Source of the DNA: Chloroflexota bacterium
Lineage (GTDB): Bacteria > Chloroflexota > UBA11872 > UBA12225
Length of the DNA: 60,682 nucleotides
Direction: 5' to 3'
NCBI GenBank assembly: GCA_016199265.1
Contig: JACQGX010000063.1
Location: 1 to 60,682 of the forward strand
The notes under the pieces are model-generated. The model saw only the letters and a program-made list of their open reading frames with translations. It did not search any database and was not told the DNA's origin. Position numbers and translations under genes: made by a program. This document shows positions 47,619-57,523 of this stretch, in pieces. The number at the start of each line of letters is the position of its first letter. Within the stretch, counting starts at the first letter, position 1.

Positions 47619-48591
47619 GTTGCCGGAAGTCGAGGGCCTGCGCCGTCGCCTGGTACCGCGGTTGGTGGGCGCGCGCATCGAGCGCTTGGAGGTCCGCGAC
47701 GCCAAGCTCTGGCATCCAGCCGAGGGCCTGTCCGAAGCCGCCGTTGCCGGCCGCACCGTCCTCGCCATCGACCGCTACGCCAAGCTCCTCGTGTTCTCGC
47801 TTTCCGGCGATCTCGCGTTCGCGCTCCACTTGAAGATCGCGGGCCAGGGCGTCTACCAATCGGTCACCGGCGAGCGCCTGATCGGCGGCCATCCCTACCC
47901 GCTGCCCGGCGCCGTGCTGCCCGATCCCTCGACGCGCTTCATCCTCTGGCTCGGTAGTGGTGCGGCGTTCTTCGTCAACGACCAGCGCCGCTTCTCCTGG
48001 CTGCGATTGATGCCGGCTGCGCAGGTGAGCGAGTTCGTCGCCTCGCATCGCTACGGGCCCGATCCGCTGGCGCCCGATTTTACGCCGGACGTGCTTGTCT
48101 CTCGCCTTCGGGCGCGCAAGGGCCGCCCGATCAAGGCTGCCCTGCTCGACCAGACGTGCCTCGCCGGTCTCGGAAACATCTACGCCGACGAGTCGCTGCA
48201 CGCCGCTCGCCTGCACCCGATGCTCCGTGCCGGCGACCTCACCCCTGCCGATGTGCGGCGGCTCCACGCTGCCATCAAGCACGTGCTCGATATCGCGGTA
48301 CCCGTCGGCGGCGCCATCGTCAAGAACGGCCGCGCCGTCGCCGACGTCGAGTCAGGACGCGACTTCCTTCGCGTCCACGGCCGCGCCGGACAACCCTGCC
48401 CCGACTGTGTCGGTCGTGCCGGAGGTGGCTCGCGTGACGGATCATCGGATGGCTCATCCCGCGGCGCTACAGCACAGCGTTCCGGCGCGGCCGGCGAAGC
48501 GCCGCGCATCGTGCGCGCCTTCCTCGCCGGTCGGGGCACCTACTTCTGCCCCGTCTGCCAACCGGCTCCGCCCGAGTGTGGGTTAGGGTGA
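47611..48591 (+). CDS. mutM: Formamidopyrimidine-DNA glycosylase
   Basis: TTG start, PELPEVE, GLGNIYADE, Zn finger CPDC...RGTYFCPVCQ. Confidence 0.93.
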   Translation: MPELPEVEGLRRRLVPRLVGARIERLEVRDAKLWHPAEGLSEAAVAGRTVLAIDRYAKLLVFSLSGDLAFALHLKIAGQGVYQSVTGERLIGGHPYPLPGAVLPDPSTRFILWLGSGAAFFVNDQRRFSWLRLMPAAQVSEFVASHRYGPDPLAPDFTPDVLVSRLRARKGRPIKAALLDQTCLAGLGNIYADESLHAARLHPMLRAGDLTPADVRRLHAAIKHVLDIAVPVGGAIVKNGRAVADVESGRDFLRVHGRAGQPCPDCVGRAGGGSRDGSSDGSSRGATAQRSGAAGEAPRIVRAFLAGRGTYFCPVCQPAPPECGLG

Positions 48592-49047
48592 GGGCTCCGC
48601 CTCTCCCCCTCTCCCCTGGTGGGAGAGGGGGTCGGGGGGTGAGGGGAGCGCCTCCAATTCCACGACCAATCCTCCGCTCGATCGTGCGCCGGCATTGAAC
48701 AGCGTCGCGGTGACAAACCCAACGGCGGCGCCGCCCAGCGCACCCAGCACCAGCACCGTGGCCGCGACGCCGAGCACCACAAGCCATGGTTCTGCGTCCC
48801 ACGCCCGCACGAAGTTGAGCACGCCATCCAGGCGCAGGAGGTGCACGAAGTTCAGCGATGGGAGGACCGTCATCGGCAGGGGGAGGCGTACCGAGCGCCA
48901 CGATTCCAGAGACACGCGCAGCGAGTGTATCGCCAGCATCGTGAAAGTCCCGGCCGCTACGCCGGGCACGAGTGATACAAGGGCGCCGGCGGCAGCGCCG
49001 TGCCTCGCGAGTGCAACAGGGCTCATCCAGCGGATGCGGTATCGCAC
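48583..49047 (-). CDS. Hypothetical membrane protein; C-terminus supplied by family A repeats
   Basis: Two hydrophobic segments, GGLVVELE, then PSPPDPLSHQGRGG from REP sequence at 48580-48648. Confidence 0.7.
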   Translation of the reverse strand: MRYRIRWMSPVALARHGAAAGALVSLVPGVAAGTFTMLAIHSLRVSLESWRSVRLPLPMTVLPSLNFVHLLRLDGVLNFVRAWDAEPWLVVLGVAATVLVLGALGGAAVGFVTATLFNAGARSSGGLVVELEALPSPPDPLSHQGRGGEAEPSP

Positions 49048-49117
49048 CGCTCCAGTTTACGTCAGGGTCAGTGCTGCCGTCTTAGCCATCTGACCAATGG
49101 CGAGGCACCGTGGCCTG

Positions 49118-49693
49118 TTAGAGCGTTTCCGCGAGCACGAAGTCAAACGGCAGGTCGTCGGGGTGGATACGCCATTCCTCGGTGTCCTCGCCGCCGGCCC
49201 ATTGACGATCGGGCAGGTAGTGGAGTACCACCGGCGCTGCCGACTCGTTCGCGTAGCCGTGCGCCACACCCGCCGGGATGTAGAGCCCGGTTTCGGGCGT
49301 CAGCACCAGCCTCGCGCGGAGGCCGAACGTGGGCGAGTGCTCGCGGCAGTCGACGATGCCGGCGTTGAGCTGGCCCATCGAAACCGTCCACAACTCGTTC
49401 TGGGACGGGTGGATATGCCAGAAGCGCCGCGTCCCCGGCGTGATGACCGAGACGTTCAGTTGTGCCGGACGCAGCGAGATCCCGTGCCCGCGCAGCGCCG
49501 GCGCGGCGACAATCCCCTCGTTGAGACGCACCACCTCCTTGAAGGTGCCGCCGCTGTCGTCGGGCAAGATGCGTTGTGGTACCAGCACCACGCCCTCTGG
49601 TAGCGGGACCGGCTCGTACGTCTGCCGCAAGATCGGGCCGCCGTCCGGCGCCCGCAGTCCCCGCGCCGCCGGTCCTATCTGTTCAAAACCCAT
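49118..49693 (-). CDS. dTDP-4-dehydrorhamnose 3,5-epimerase-like cupin
   Basis: DDSGG.FKE, R.WHIH, DCREHSPTFG, YIPAGVAHGY. Confidence 0.82.
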   Translation of the reverse strand: MGFEQIGPAARGLRAPDGGPILRQTYEPVPLPEGVVLVPQRILPDDSGGTFKEVVRLNEGIVAAPALRGHGISLRPAQLNVSVITPGTRRFWHIHPSQNELWTVSMGQLNAGIVDCREHSPTFGLRARLVLTPETGLYIPAGVAHGYANESAAPVVLHYLPDRQWAGGEDTEEWRIHPDDLPFDFVLAETL

Positions 49694-49700
49694 CGGTCGA

Positions 49701-50837
49701 TTACTTTCCCTTGGAGCCGGCGCTTCGCACCACGCCCTGTTCGATCATCGCCGCGGCGCCCTCATCTGAATAGTCGCGGAAGTCCTGCTGCACGCGCGCC
49801 CAGCCGGCGTACCCCGCCGCCGCCTCTTCGAGCGTGTGCTGGGGTTCCCACCCGAGCGCGCGCAGCCGCGAGATGTCCGAGATGGCGTGCCGCGTGTCGC
49901 CGACGCGGAAGCGACCGGGCACCTCCGGCGAAACGGTCAGCCCGAGCGTCCGGCCGACGACCTCGGCGTACTCCAAGACCGTGAGTGCTCGCCCTCCACC
50001 TACGTTCAACGCCTGAAAATCGGCGCGGGCGTCCTCCAGCGCCAGCACGTTCGCCCGCGCCACGTCCCATACCGTTACGTAGTCGCGCAACTGCCGGCCG
50101 TCTTCATAGACAATCGGCTGCCTACCGTGCAGCAGGCGCTGCACAAAGATGCGCAGCGCGCCCGAGTACGGATTCGTGAAGCTTTGGCGCGGCCCCTGGC
50201 TGATGCTGTAGCGCATCGCCACCGTCGGGATGCCGTAGCGTGCTCCGAGGTTGAGGCAGATCAGGTCCTGCGACAGCTTGCTGATCCCGTACTGGTTGTG
50301 CGGCTGCGGCGGATCGTCCTCGCGCGTCGGTTCCGGCGTCATCGTCTCGCCGCCCACCGGGCAGCGTGGTTCCCATTCGCGCCGTTCGAGCTGCGCCAAG
50401 GGCCGCTGGCCCGGAAACTGGGTGCCGTGGAGCGGGCAGCGGTAGCGCCCTTCGCCGTAGACCGCCTGCGACGTGGCGACCACCACCTTTTTGACCTGCT
50501 TCTGCAGCGCAGGGCCGGCCACCAGCAACTCGTACAGCAGCGCCGTGCCGGCGGCGTTTGTGTGAAAGAAGCGGCTGAAGTTTGGCAGATAGTCCTGGTG
50601 CGCCGCGAGGTGCATCACCGCCTGCACGCCCCGCAGCGCCTCCCGCCACGCCGCTGGATCGTCGACCGAGCCCTCGATCCGCTCCGCCTTCGCCGGTACG
50701 TAGTCCGGCCAGTGCCGCTCGCGGTGAACGGGCGGCTGTAAATTGTCGAGCACACGAACGTCGTACCCCCGTTCCAGGAGCAAATCGACCGTGTGCGAGC
50801 CGATGAACCCTGCGCCGCCGGTGACGAGTACTCTCAT
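49701..50837 (-). CDS. NAD-dependent epimerase/dehydratase
   Basis: LVTGGAGFIGSH, YGISK, YEDGRQLRDY. Confidence 0.93.
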   Translation of the reverse strand: MRVLVTGGAGFIGSHTVDLLLERGYDVRVLDNLQPPVHRERHWPDYVPAKAERIEGSVDDPAAWREALRGVQAVMHLAAHQDYLPNFSRFFHTNAAGTALLYELLVAGPALQKQVKKVVVATSQAVYGEGRYRCPLHGTQFPGQRPLAQLERREWEPRCPVGGETMTPEPTREDDPPQPHNQYGISKLSQDLICLNLGARYGIPTVAMRYSISQGPRQSFTNPYSGALRIFVQRLLHGRQPIVYEDGRQLRDYVTVWDVARANVLALEDARADFQALNVGGGRALTVLEYAEVVGRTLGLTVSPEVPGRFRVGDTRHAISDISRLRALGWEPQHTLEEAAAGYAGWARVQQDFRDYSDEGAAAMIEQGVVRSAGSKGK

Positions 50838-50928
50838 AACTCGATGTCGTGGAGGTCGCGATAGTCGTGAACGTAATGCGAATTCAGGGTGCCGAAACCG
50901 TCAGTCTACCGGTTTTCGCCCGCCGCGG

Positions 50929-51402
50929 CTATTTGACGGCGATCCGATCGGTCAGTGGGCTCGCGCGCCCGCCGTGGACGCGCACCAGCCCCACCCGACC
51001 CTGCAGGATCAACCGGTCTTCCTCCCACACCTCGACGGCGGCTTCGACGTGGCGCCGGCCAAGCTGCACGATTTGAGCCGTGCTTCGCAGCGCACGCCGG
51101 TTTGTGGTCGATGCCTCCATCGAGAACTGGCAGTAGCGTAGTGTCGTGATTCCCACGTCGTAGCCGCCGGCCGCTTCGATCGCGGCGTCGATCGCCAGCC
51201 CGAGCGGCACCGTCGTCATCGGGTGGATCGCGCGTCCGAGCGGCGCGGGCGCGCCGGCATTCCGCTGCATCAACAACCGCAGCAGTTGCGGACTATCTTC
51301 GAGCGTCACCCGATCGCCCAGCGTTACCACACCGTCCCGGCGCCGGTGGACCTCGATGGTGCGCGGAGGCCGCACTTCCTGTATGAGGCGTTCGCCTGAC
51401 AT
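50929..51402 (-). CDS. Hotdog-fold / thioesterase-like protein
   Basis: AQIVQLGRRHVEAAVEVW...ILQGRVGLV. Confidence 0.55.
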   Translation of the reverse strand: MSGERLIQEVRPPRTIEVHRRRDGVVTLGDRVTLEDSPQLLRLLMQRNAGAPAPLGRAIHPMTTVPLGLAIDAAIEAAGGYDVGITTLRYCQFSMEASTTNRRALRSTAQIVQLGRRHVEAAVEVWEEDRLILQGRVGLVRVHGGRASPLTDRIAVK

Positions 51403-51528
51403 GGTGCCAGCATACCGGCCACAAGACCCACAGTGCAGCGCGGCTGCCCTCGCTCTGGTGCTGTCGAGCAACAGTCGCCGATGCCGTACGTTTCAGACTC
51501 AGCGGAGCACCATCGACCACTAACCATC

Positions 51529-53160
51529 ATGACCGGCGTTACTGCGATAGAGCCAACCGAGGCAGCGAGGGCAACTGAGGCGACCGAGACAAGAGATATC
51601 TTTTTGCCGGCGGCGGTGGGCGAAGCGGCCGAGGCGGCCGCTTCGCCAGCCGCGACCGAAGCCGCCGGCGGGCGGCACGCTGCCCTATGGCAGGCGGTGC
51701 TGCACGAGTTGCAGCGGGACCCCGCGATTTCTCCCGCGAGCTTCGCCACCTGGCTGCGCGGTACCCAGTTGCTCGCCCGCGATGGCGACCGCTTCGTCGT
51801 CGGCGCCCAACACGCGTTCGGCCGTGACAGGTTGGAGCGCAGCTTCCGAGGCGCCGTCGAGCAGGCGCTGCTCCGCGCCACCGGCCGGCGCGCGGTGCGT
51901 GTCCGGTTCGTCGTCGTCGGCGGGCTCGGTGGGGCCTCGGACCGCGGCCAACCGCCGGCCGGTGGTGCAGCGCCCGGCGCGTCGGGGGTTCCCATCGCCT
52001 TGGCCGGCCACGCGCCACGGCCACCCGAGATGCCTAGCGGCCTCAACGCGCGCTACAGCTTCGGCAGCCTTGTCGTCGGGAAGGCCAACCGGTTCGCCTG
52101 CGCCGCCGCCCGCGCCGTCGCCGAGAACACCGGCCTCTCATACAATCCGCTCTACATCCACGGCGACGCCGGTTGCGGCAAGACACACGTGCTGCACGCC
52201 ATCGGCAACCACGTGCGCGCGATGCGGCCGGAGCGCCGCGTGCGGTACGTTACCGGCCAGGCGTTCGTCGAAGAGTGCGCGCGGGCGGCGCAGTCGGGGC
52301 AGCTTACCGCCTTTCGCAGCCTTTACGGCGCAATCGACGTCCTGTTGCTCGACGACGTCCACGCGCTGGCTGCGCCGCCGGCCGCCGTCGACCCTAACGG
52401 CAGTGGCGGGCAGTCCGGCAGCGATGGTGCGCCCGACTGCGCCGCAGCACAGGCCGAGCTCGACCGCGCCTTTAACGTGCTCTATGATGCAAACAAGCAA
52501 ATCGTCCTCGCTGGCCAGATGGCGCCGGCGTCGCTCATCGGTTTTGACGAACGGCTGCGCTCGCGCTTCCAGATGGGGTTAGTCGCCGGCGTCGGCCTGC
52601 CCGACGCCGAGCTGCGCCTTGCCATTCTCCGTAAGAAAGCCGAAGCCAACCGAATTGCCGTGCCCGTGAGCGCGCTCACGGTGATTGCTCGCCAGGTCGA
52701 AGGCAACGTCCGGCAGCTCGAAGGTGCGCTGACGCGGGCGGCGGCGGCGGCGCTGACCCATTTGCCACTTACGCCGGAGCTCGTCGCGGCTTCGCTCTCC
52801 GGTGTGCTGCATCGTGCGACCCGTTCTCCCCGGCAGCGCGTGACGCCTGCTCAGCTTATCGGCGCGGTTGCACACTATTTCGGCCTGCCGCTCGACGTAA
52901 TCGTCGGGAAGCGTCGAGACAGCCGGACGGCACTGGCGCGGCAGGTCGCGATGTACCTGCTGCGCGAACAAACCATCGCCAGCCTGGCCGAGATTGGCGC
53001 CCACCTCGGAGGGCGCGACCACAGCACCGTGCTCCACGGGTGCGAGAAGATCGCCACGCTGTTGAAGCACGACGAACGCGTGCAGCGCGACCTGACCGCC
53101 ATCCGCCATCTGTTGCTCGACGCCGGACCTGATGCGGCGCTTTGTGCGGCCGCACAGTAG
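51529..53160 (+). CDS. dnaA: Chromosomal replication initiator DnaA (divergent)
   Basis: SFATWL, LNARYSF..LVVGKANRFA, YNPLYIHG..GCGKTH, RLRSRF, NVRQLEGAL, RQVAMYL, GGRDHSTV. Confidence 0.9.
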   Translation: MTGVTAIEPTEAARATEATETRDIFLPAAVGEAAEAAASPAATEAAGGRHAALWQAVLHELQRDPAISPASFATWLRGTQLLARDGDRFVVGAQHAFGRDRLERSFRGAVEQALLRATGRRAVRVRFVVVGGLGGASDRGQPPAGGAAPGASGVPIALAGHAPRPPEMPSGLNARYSFGSLVVGKANRFACAAARAVAENTGLSYNPLYIHGDAGCGKTHVLHAIGNHVRAMRPERRVRYVTGQAFVEECARAAQSGQLTAFRSLYGAIDVLLLDDVHALAAPPAAVDPNGSGGQSGSDGAPDCAAAQAELDRAFNVLYDANKQIVLAGQMAPASLIGFDERLRSRFQMGLVAGVGLPDAELRLAILRKKAEANRIAVPVSALTVIARQVEGNVRQLEGALTRAAAAALTHLPLTPELVAASLSGVLHRATRSPRQRVTPAQLIGAVAHYFGLPLDVIVGKRRDSRTALARQVAMYLLREQTIASLAEIGAHLGGRDHSTVLHGCEKIATLLKHDERVQRDLTAIRHLLLDAGPDAALCAAAQ

Positions 53161-53259
53161 ACTCGATGGAAGAAGTAGAGAAGGTACGATCACGTGAGTA
53201 TCATCGATCAGGAACGCGAAGTACGGCCGGTCGAACTGACCGAAAGGACGGGCGCTGCT

Positions 53260-54417
53260 ATGCGAATCTCGTGTGCCCAGGATCATCTCAGTCGCGGGCT
53301 GGCCATCGTCAGTCGCGCCGTCGGCGGGCGCACGACGCTGCCCGTGCTCAACAACGTGCTGCTCGCCACCGATGGCGAGCGGCTCAAGCTCGCCGCGACC
53401 AATCTGGAGATCGGAATCACGACCTGGGTTCCCGGCCGCGTAGACGGCGAGGGGCAGGTTACCGTCCCGGCCCGCCTGTTGACCGACTTCGTCAACTCGC
53501 TGCCGGCCGGCCAGCCGGTGGCGCTCGAGTCGAACGCGCACAGCTACACGCTGCGCCTCGAATGTGCACGCTACAACGCTAACATCAGAGGGATCGATCC
53601 GGAAGAGTTCCCGCCACTCCCGGCTGCCGACGACCGCCCGACGATCAAGCTCGGCGCCGGCATGCTCAAGGAAATGATCAATCAGGTGGCGTTCAGCGCC
53701 GCGCGCGACGAATCGCGCCCCGTCCTGACCGGCGTCAACCTCCGCCTGGAGGAGACCAAGCTTACGATGGCGGCGGCCGATGGTTTCCGGCTCTCGCGGC
53801 GCGAGGCGGAGCTTGACCGCGGGCTACCCGAGCCACTCGACGTCATCATCCCGGCGCGCTCGCTTTCTGAGCTGGCCCGGTTGCTCGGCGACGGCGGCGA
53901 CGACGTCGAGGTGACCGTCACGCCCAACCGGGCACAGGTGATCTTTCGCGTCCGCTCGGAGCAAGGGGAGGTCCACCTCGTCAGCCGCCTGCTCGAAGGC
54001 CAGTTCCCCGACCTCCAGCGCGTCATCCCGAAGACCTACACCACCAAGCTCATCGCCAAGCGGACCGAACTGATCACCGCCACGAAAATCGCCTCGCTCT
54101 TCGCCCGCGACGCCGCCAACGTCGTGCGCCTTGACGTCACCCCCGGCGCCGAAGGTGGGCTCACCCCGGGAAAAGTCGCGCTTTCGGCGACCGCCGCCGA
54201 TGTCGGCGAGAACCACGGCGAGCTCGACGCCACCGTCGAGGGCGAAGAGACCTACATCTCGTTCAGCTCGGAGTTCCTCGCCGACGTGCTCGGCGTCCTG
54301 CCCACCGATGAAGTCGCGCTCGAGATCACCGGCCCGCTCTCGCCCGCCATCGTCCGCGGCCTCGGCCTCGCCGACTACACGCACGTCATCATGCCGATGC
54401 ACACCGTGCGACAGTAG
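53260..54417 (+). CDS. dnaN: DNA polymerase III beta clamp
   Basis: TLPVLNNVL, LAATNLEIG, EEFP, RPVLTGV, ADGFRL, SRLLEGQFP, VIMPM. Confidence 0.97.
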   Translation: MRISCAQDHLSRGLAIVSRAVGGRTTLPVLNNVLLATDGERLKLAATNLEIGITTWVPGRVDGEGQVTVPARLLTDFVNSLPAGQPVALESNAHSYTLRLECARYNANIRGIDPEEFPPLPAADDRPTIKLGAGMLKEMINQVAFSAARDESRPVLTGVNLRLEETKLTMAAADGFRLSRREAELDRGLPEPLDVIIPARSLSELARLLGDGGDDVEVTVTPNRAQVIFRVRSEQGEVHLVSRLLEGQFPDLQRVIPKTYTTKLIAKRTELITATKIASLFARDAANVVRLDVTPGAEGGLTPGKVALSATAADVGENHGELDATVEGEETYISFSSEFLADVLGVLPTDEVALEITGPLSPAIVRGLGLADYTHVIMPMHTVRQ

Positions 54418-54424
54418 CTATCCA

Positions 54425-54508
54425 GACGAAGAACGAAGAACGAAAAACGAAGAACGAAGAAGGTCGTCCACGGATGACCACTTCGTCGTTCGTCAATCGT
54501 CCTTCGTC
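54425..54508. repeat. Inverted heptamer arrays (GAACGAA / TTCGTC)
   Basis: Between dnaN and the convergent hydrolase, overlapping the hydrolase C-terminus. Confidence 0.75.
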
Positions 54509-55248
54509 AAGAACTTCAGCACCGCCGCTGCCACGTGCGCCGGGTGACTCGCGAACACGGCGTGGCTCGCCCCCGGAATCGATAGCAGCTCTCCTTGCGG
54601 CAAGCGGGCCACAAATCGGCGGGCGGCCTCGTCTCCCAGTACACCGTCCTTCGCCGGATCGGCCTGCACGACGAGCACCGGTGCCGTGATCGCGGACGCC
54701 GCGGCCCACGCCCACGGCGCCCCGCGGGGTGCCCGCAGCAGCGCCTCGAACGCCCCATCGGCCGCCTTGCGGAAGAGCGGCGCGAGCGCCGGTGTCGCGA
54801 GATACCGCTCGAGCTCGCCCGGCAGTGCGTGACGCAAGCGATACACCTGCTCGACGTCCGGTTTCTGTCGATCGAGCGGCGGGTCGAGCAGGACGAGTGC
54901 TTCAACGGTGTCGTGGAAGTCCCTGGCCAGCGCGAACGCGACGAGCGCGCCAAGCGAGTGGCCGATCACCGGCGCCCGCTCGATGTCCAGCCGTATCAGC
55001 AACGCGGCGACGTCGCGCGCGTAGTCCGCCGGCTCGTACCCTGCGGCGGGCTTCTCGCTCTCGCCGTGTCCCCGCAGATCGGGCGCGATCGCCGACCACG
55101 CCGGGACCAACCGCCGCGCAAACGACTGCCAGGCCATGCCCGATACGCCTAACCCGTGGAGATAGATCGCCGGCGGCCCAGCCGCGGCCAGCCGCCTCAC
55201 GTGCAGCCGCACGCCGTCGGCGTCGACCTCCACAGTTTCCCAGGCCAT
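54493..55248 (-). CDS. Alpha/beta hydrolase
   Basis: YLHG, PDLRGHGES, GHSLG nucleophile elbow, GASH. Confidence 0.92.
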   Translation of the reverse strand: MAWETVEVDADGVRLHVRRLAAAGPPAIYLHGLGVSGMAWQSFARRLVPAWSAIAPDLRGHGESEKPAAGYEPADYARDVAALLIRLDIERAPVIGHSLGALVAFALARDFHDTVEALVLLDPPLDRQKPDVEQVYRLRHALPGELERYLATPALAPLFRKAADGAFEALLRAPRGAPWAWAAASAITAPVLVVQADPAKDGVLGDEAARRFVARLPQGELLSIPGASHAVFASHPAHVAAAVLKFLTKDD

Positions 55249-55263
55249 AGCTCGTGAGGTAAC

Positions 55264-55530
55264 TACGTGAAGCGTGAAACGTGAAACGTGAACTTCGGGG
55301 CAGCATCGTGCGTTGACGCGTGCCGTTCACGGACAGGGCACGTAGGGGCGAAGCATCTGCCGCCGTGATCGGAACGCCGGTGCATGACTCACCGGTGCTG
55401 CATCGATGCAACGTTCAGGGTCGGCCTCTGCAAATGCTTCGCCCCTACATGCGGGTCACCGTGCGGCAGCGTGGCCCGCTTTCTATTGAGTGTCGCATCA
55501 CAGCTCACGTTTCACGTTTCACGTTTCACG
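55264..55530. repeat. Heptamer arms (CGTGAAA / TTTCACG) enclosing a GTAG-type REPIN at 55342-55448
   Basis: GTAGGGGCGAAGCAT...ATGCTTCGCCCCTAC. Confidence 0.85.
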
Positions 55531-56473
55531 CATCCAGACTGAGCCACGCCACCTGTTCGGGTGTCAGCGTCAGATCGGCCACCGCGAGACTGCTTTCCAG
55601 CTCGTCCATCGTCCGCGGGCCGATGAGGGCGAACGTGACGAGGTCCGGCTGGCTGAGTACCCAGGCCAGTGCGAGCTGAATCGGCGAGTAACCGAGTTCT
55701 TTGCCCAAGCGCTCGGCGCGCCGGTAGCGTTCCCAGTTCCGCTCGCCGTAGTAGACGCGCACGATGTTGGCATCCTCGGTGTTCTCCGGCGTGAACCGGC
55801 CGGAGAAGAACCCGCCACCCTGCGATGACCACGAGAGCAGGGGAAACTGGGTGGCCCGGTACCACGCCAGCGCCTCCAGGTCGCCCGAGATGGAGATACA
55901 GTCGGGCCACATCGGTTCGTTCGGCACGGCGAGGCTCAGGTTGGGGCTGCTGGCGGTGAACGGCTGCAGCCCGCGCGCCGTCGCGTAGGCGTTGGCCTCC
56001 TCGATCCGCTGGTGCGTCCAGTTCGAGCCACCGAAGGCGCGCATCCGGCCCTTGTTTCGGTGGTGGTTGAGCGCCTCGACGATCGTGCCGGCGGGCACGT
56101 CGGGATCGTCACGGTGCAGCAGGTACAGATCGACGTAGTTGGTGCCCAGGCGCTCGAGGCTCTGGCCCAGATCGAACGCAATCTCGTCGGGGACGACGCG
56201 CTTGGTGCGATCCGGCGCATGATGCGCGCCCTTGGTCAGGATCATCACGTCGTCGCGCCGGCCGCGTCGCCGCAGCCACTCGCCAATCGCGCGTTCGCTC
56301 CCGCCGCCGCGGTACACATGAGCCGTGTCGATCAGGTTGCCGCCGGCGGCGAGAAAGTAGTCGATCATCGCGCCTGCCAGATTCTGGTTCTGGGGGCCAA
56401 AAGCCATCGACCCCAGCACCAGGCGCGATGCAGGCCGATCCAGTCCGGGAATAGTCGCGTACTTCATCGCCAC
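55526..56473 (-). CDS. Aldo/keto reductase
   Basis: LVLG, IDTAHVY..G.SE, ILTKG, SLERLGTNYVDLYLLHRDD, GGSNW, QLALAW. Confidence 0.94.
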   Translation of the reverse strand: MAMKYATIPGLDRPASRLVLGSMAFGPQNQNLAGAMIDYFLAAGGNLIDTAHVYRGGGSERAIGEWLRRRGRRDDVMILTKGAHHAPDRTKRVVPDEIAFDLGQSLERLGTNYVDLYLLHRDDPDVPAGTIVEALNHHRNKGRMRAFGGSNWTHQRIEEANAYATARGLQPFTASSPNLSLAVPNEPMWPDCISISGDLEALAWYRATQFPLLSWSSQGGGFFSGRFTPENTEDANIVRVYYGERNWERYRRAERLGKELGYSPIQLALAWVLSQPDLVTFALIGPRTMDELESSLAVADLTLTPEQVAWLSLDA

Positions 56474-56494
56474 GATGATAGCGCCCGGCCGCCC

Positions 56495-57481
56495 CTACTG
56501 CTCGCCTCCGGCCGCCAGCACCGGCTCGGCATAGGCGGAGCGCCACAGGTCACCCATCTCGCGCGTGACGTCGAGATACAACGTGCCCCACTCGCCGTTC
56601 GGGTGGATCTCCGTCCGCTCGCCTGTCTCGTTGAAGCTCGTGATGATCACCATCGCCGGGTTCGTCGCGATGGCGCCGTACCAGGTGGTGCGGTAGTAGT
56701 CGCCGTCTCGGCGGTCGCGGTACTTCCACTGCGATGGATCGCTGCCGCTGCCCCAGTAACCGCCGGGCATCACCGTCGCCACCCAGAGCTTGGATGGGTC
56801 GTAGTCCCGCACGCGCTTGGCCCAGTTCGCCAGTTGTCCGGCCGGATCGGCTGCCCAGGCGATGCTGTAGAGGTGTAGGCCGTCGAAAGCCGGTAGGTAC
56901 GTCAGCGTGCTCCTCGGGTCGCCGCCTTCGGCGATCCAGATGCTGGTGTGTTCCGGATCTACGGCGTTGCGGATCGTCAACCACGTCTCCTGCGCCGACA
57001 TGCCTGGATAGCGCGGCACGTCCTGCGGGTGCCAGAAGATCAGCACCGGCCTGCCTTGGTACCACAGGAACGAAGGATCGGCGGCGTCCCAAGTGAGCGC
57101 GTCACCCAGGCGCTGCGCCAGCGCGTCTGGGCTGGGATACGTTTGCGGCTCGATCCCGGCGGTGATGTGGACGCCGGTGTCGCGCGCGGCGCGCAGGTAG
57201 CCGCCTAGGTCGCGCGCTCCCGTCTCCGACACAACCAGCGCGTCGATACCCGCGGCGGCCGCGTACTCCAGATCAGTCTGCACTCCCTGGCTGAATTGCG
57301 GGTAGTGCCACGCCAGGACAGGGGCCAGCGGCTCGCTCGAGGCGGCCGCCGGCAGCGCAGCGAAGGCGGCCAGCGTGGGGGCAAGACCGGTGAGCGCAAT
57401 CGCCAGGGAACGCGCAATCGAACGAACGATGTGGTTTACGAGCACTCCTGGGTCCTTCTGCGAGCGTGATCGGCACAGCAC
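56495..57481 (-). CDS. Secreted glycoside hydrolase, GH99/GH71-like
   Basis: Signal peptide; GIDAL, YQGRPV, FDGLHLY, TVMPG, DRRDGDYY..TW, ITSFNE.GE.TEI.P; true start probably further downstream. Confidence 0.75.
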   Translation of the reverse strand: MLCRSRSQKDPGVLVNHIVRSIARSLAIALTGLAPTLAAFAALPAAASSEPLAPVLAWHYPQFSQGVQTDLEYAAAAGIDALVVSETGARDLGGYLRAARDTGVHITAGIEPQTYPSPDALAQRLGDALTWDAADPSFLWYQGRPVLIFWHPQDVPRYPGMSAQETWLTIRNAVDPEHTSIWIAEGGDPRSTLTYLPAFDGLHLYSIAWAADPAGQLANWAKRVRDYDPSKLWVATVMPGGYWGSGSDPSQWKYRDRRDGDYYRTTWYGAIATNPAMVIITSFNETGERTEIHPNGEWGTLYLDVTREMGDLWRSAYAEPVLAAGGEQ

Positions 57482-57523
57482 TTCGTAGCGCCGGTTGTGG
57501 TCTACGACGACGTTGGTCGCGGT

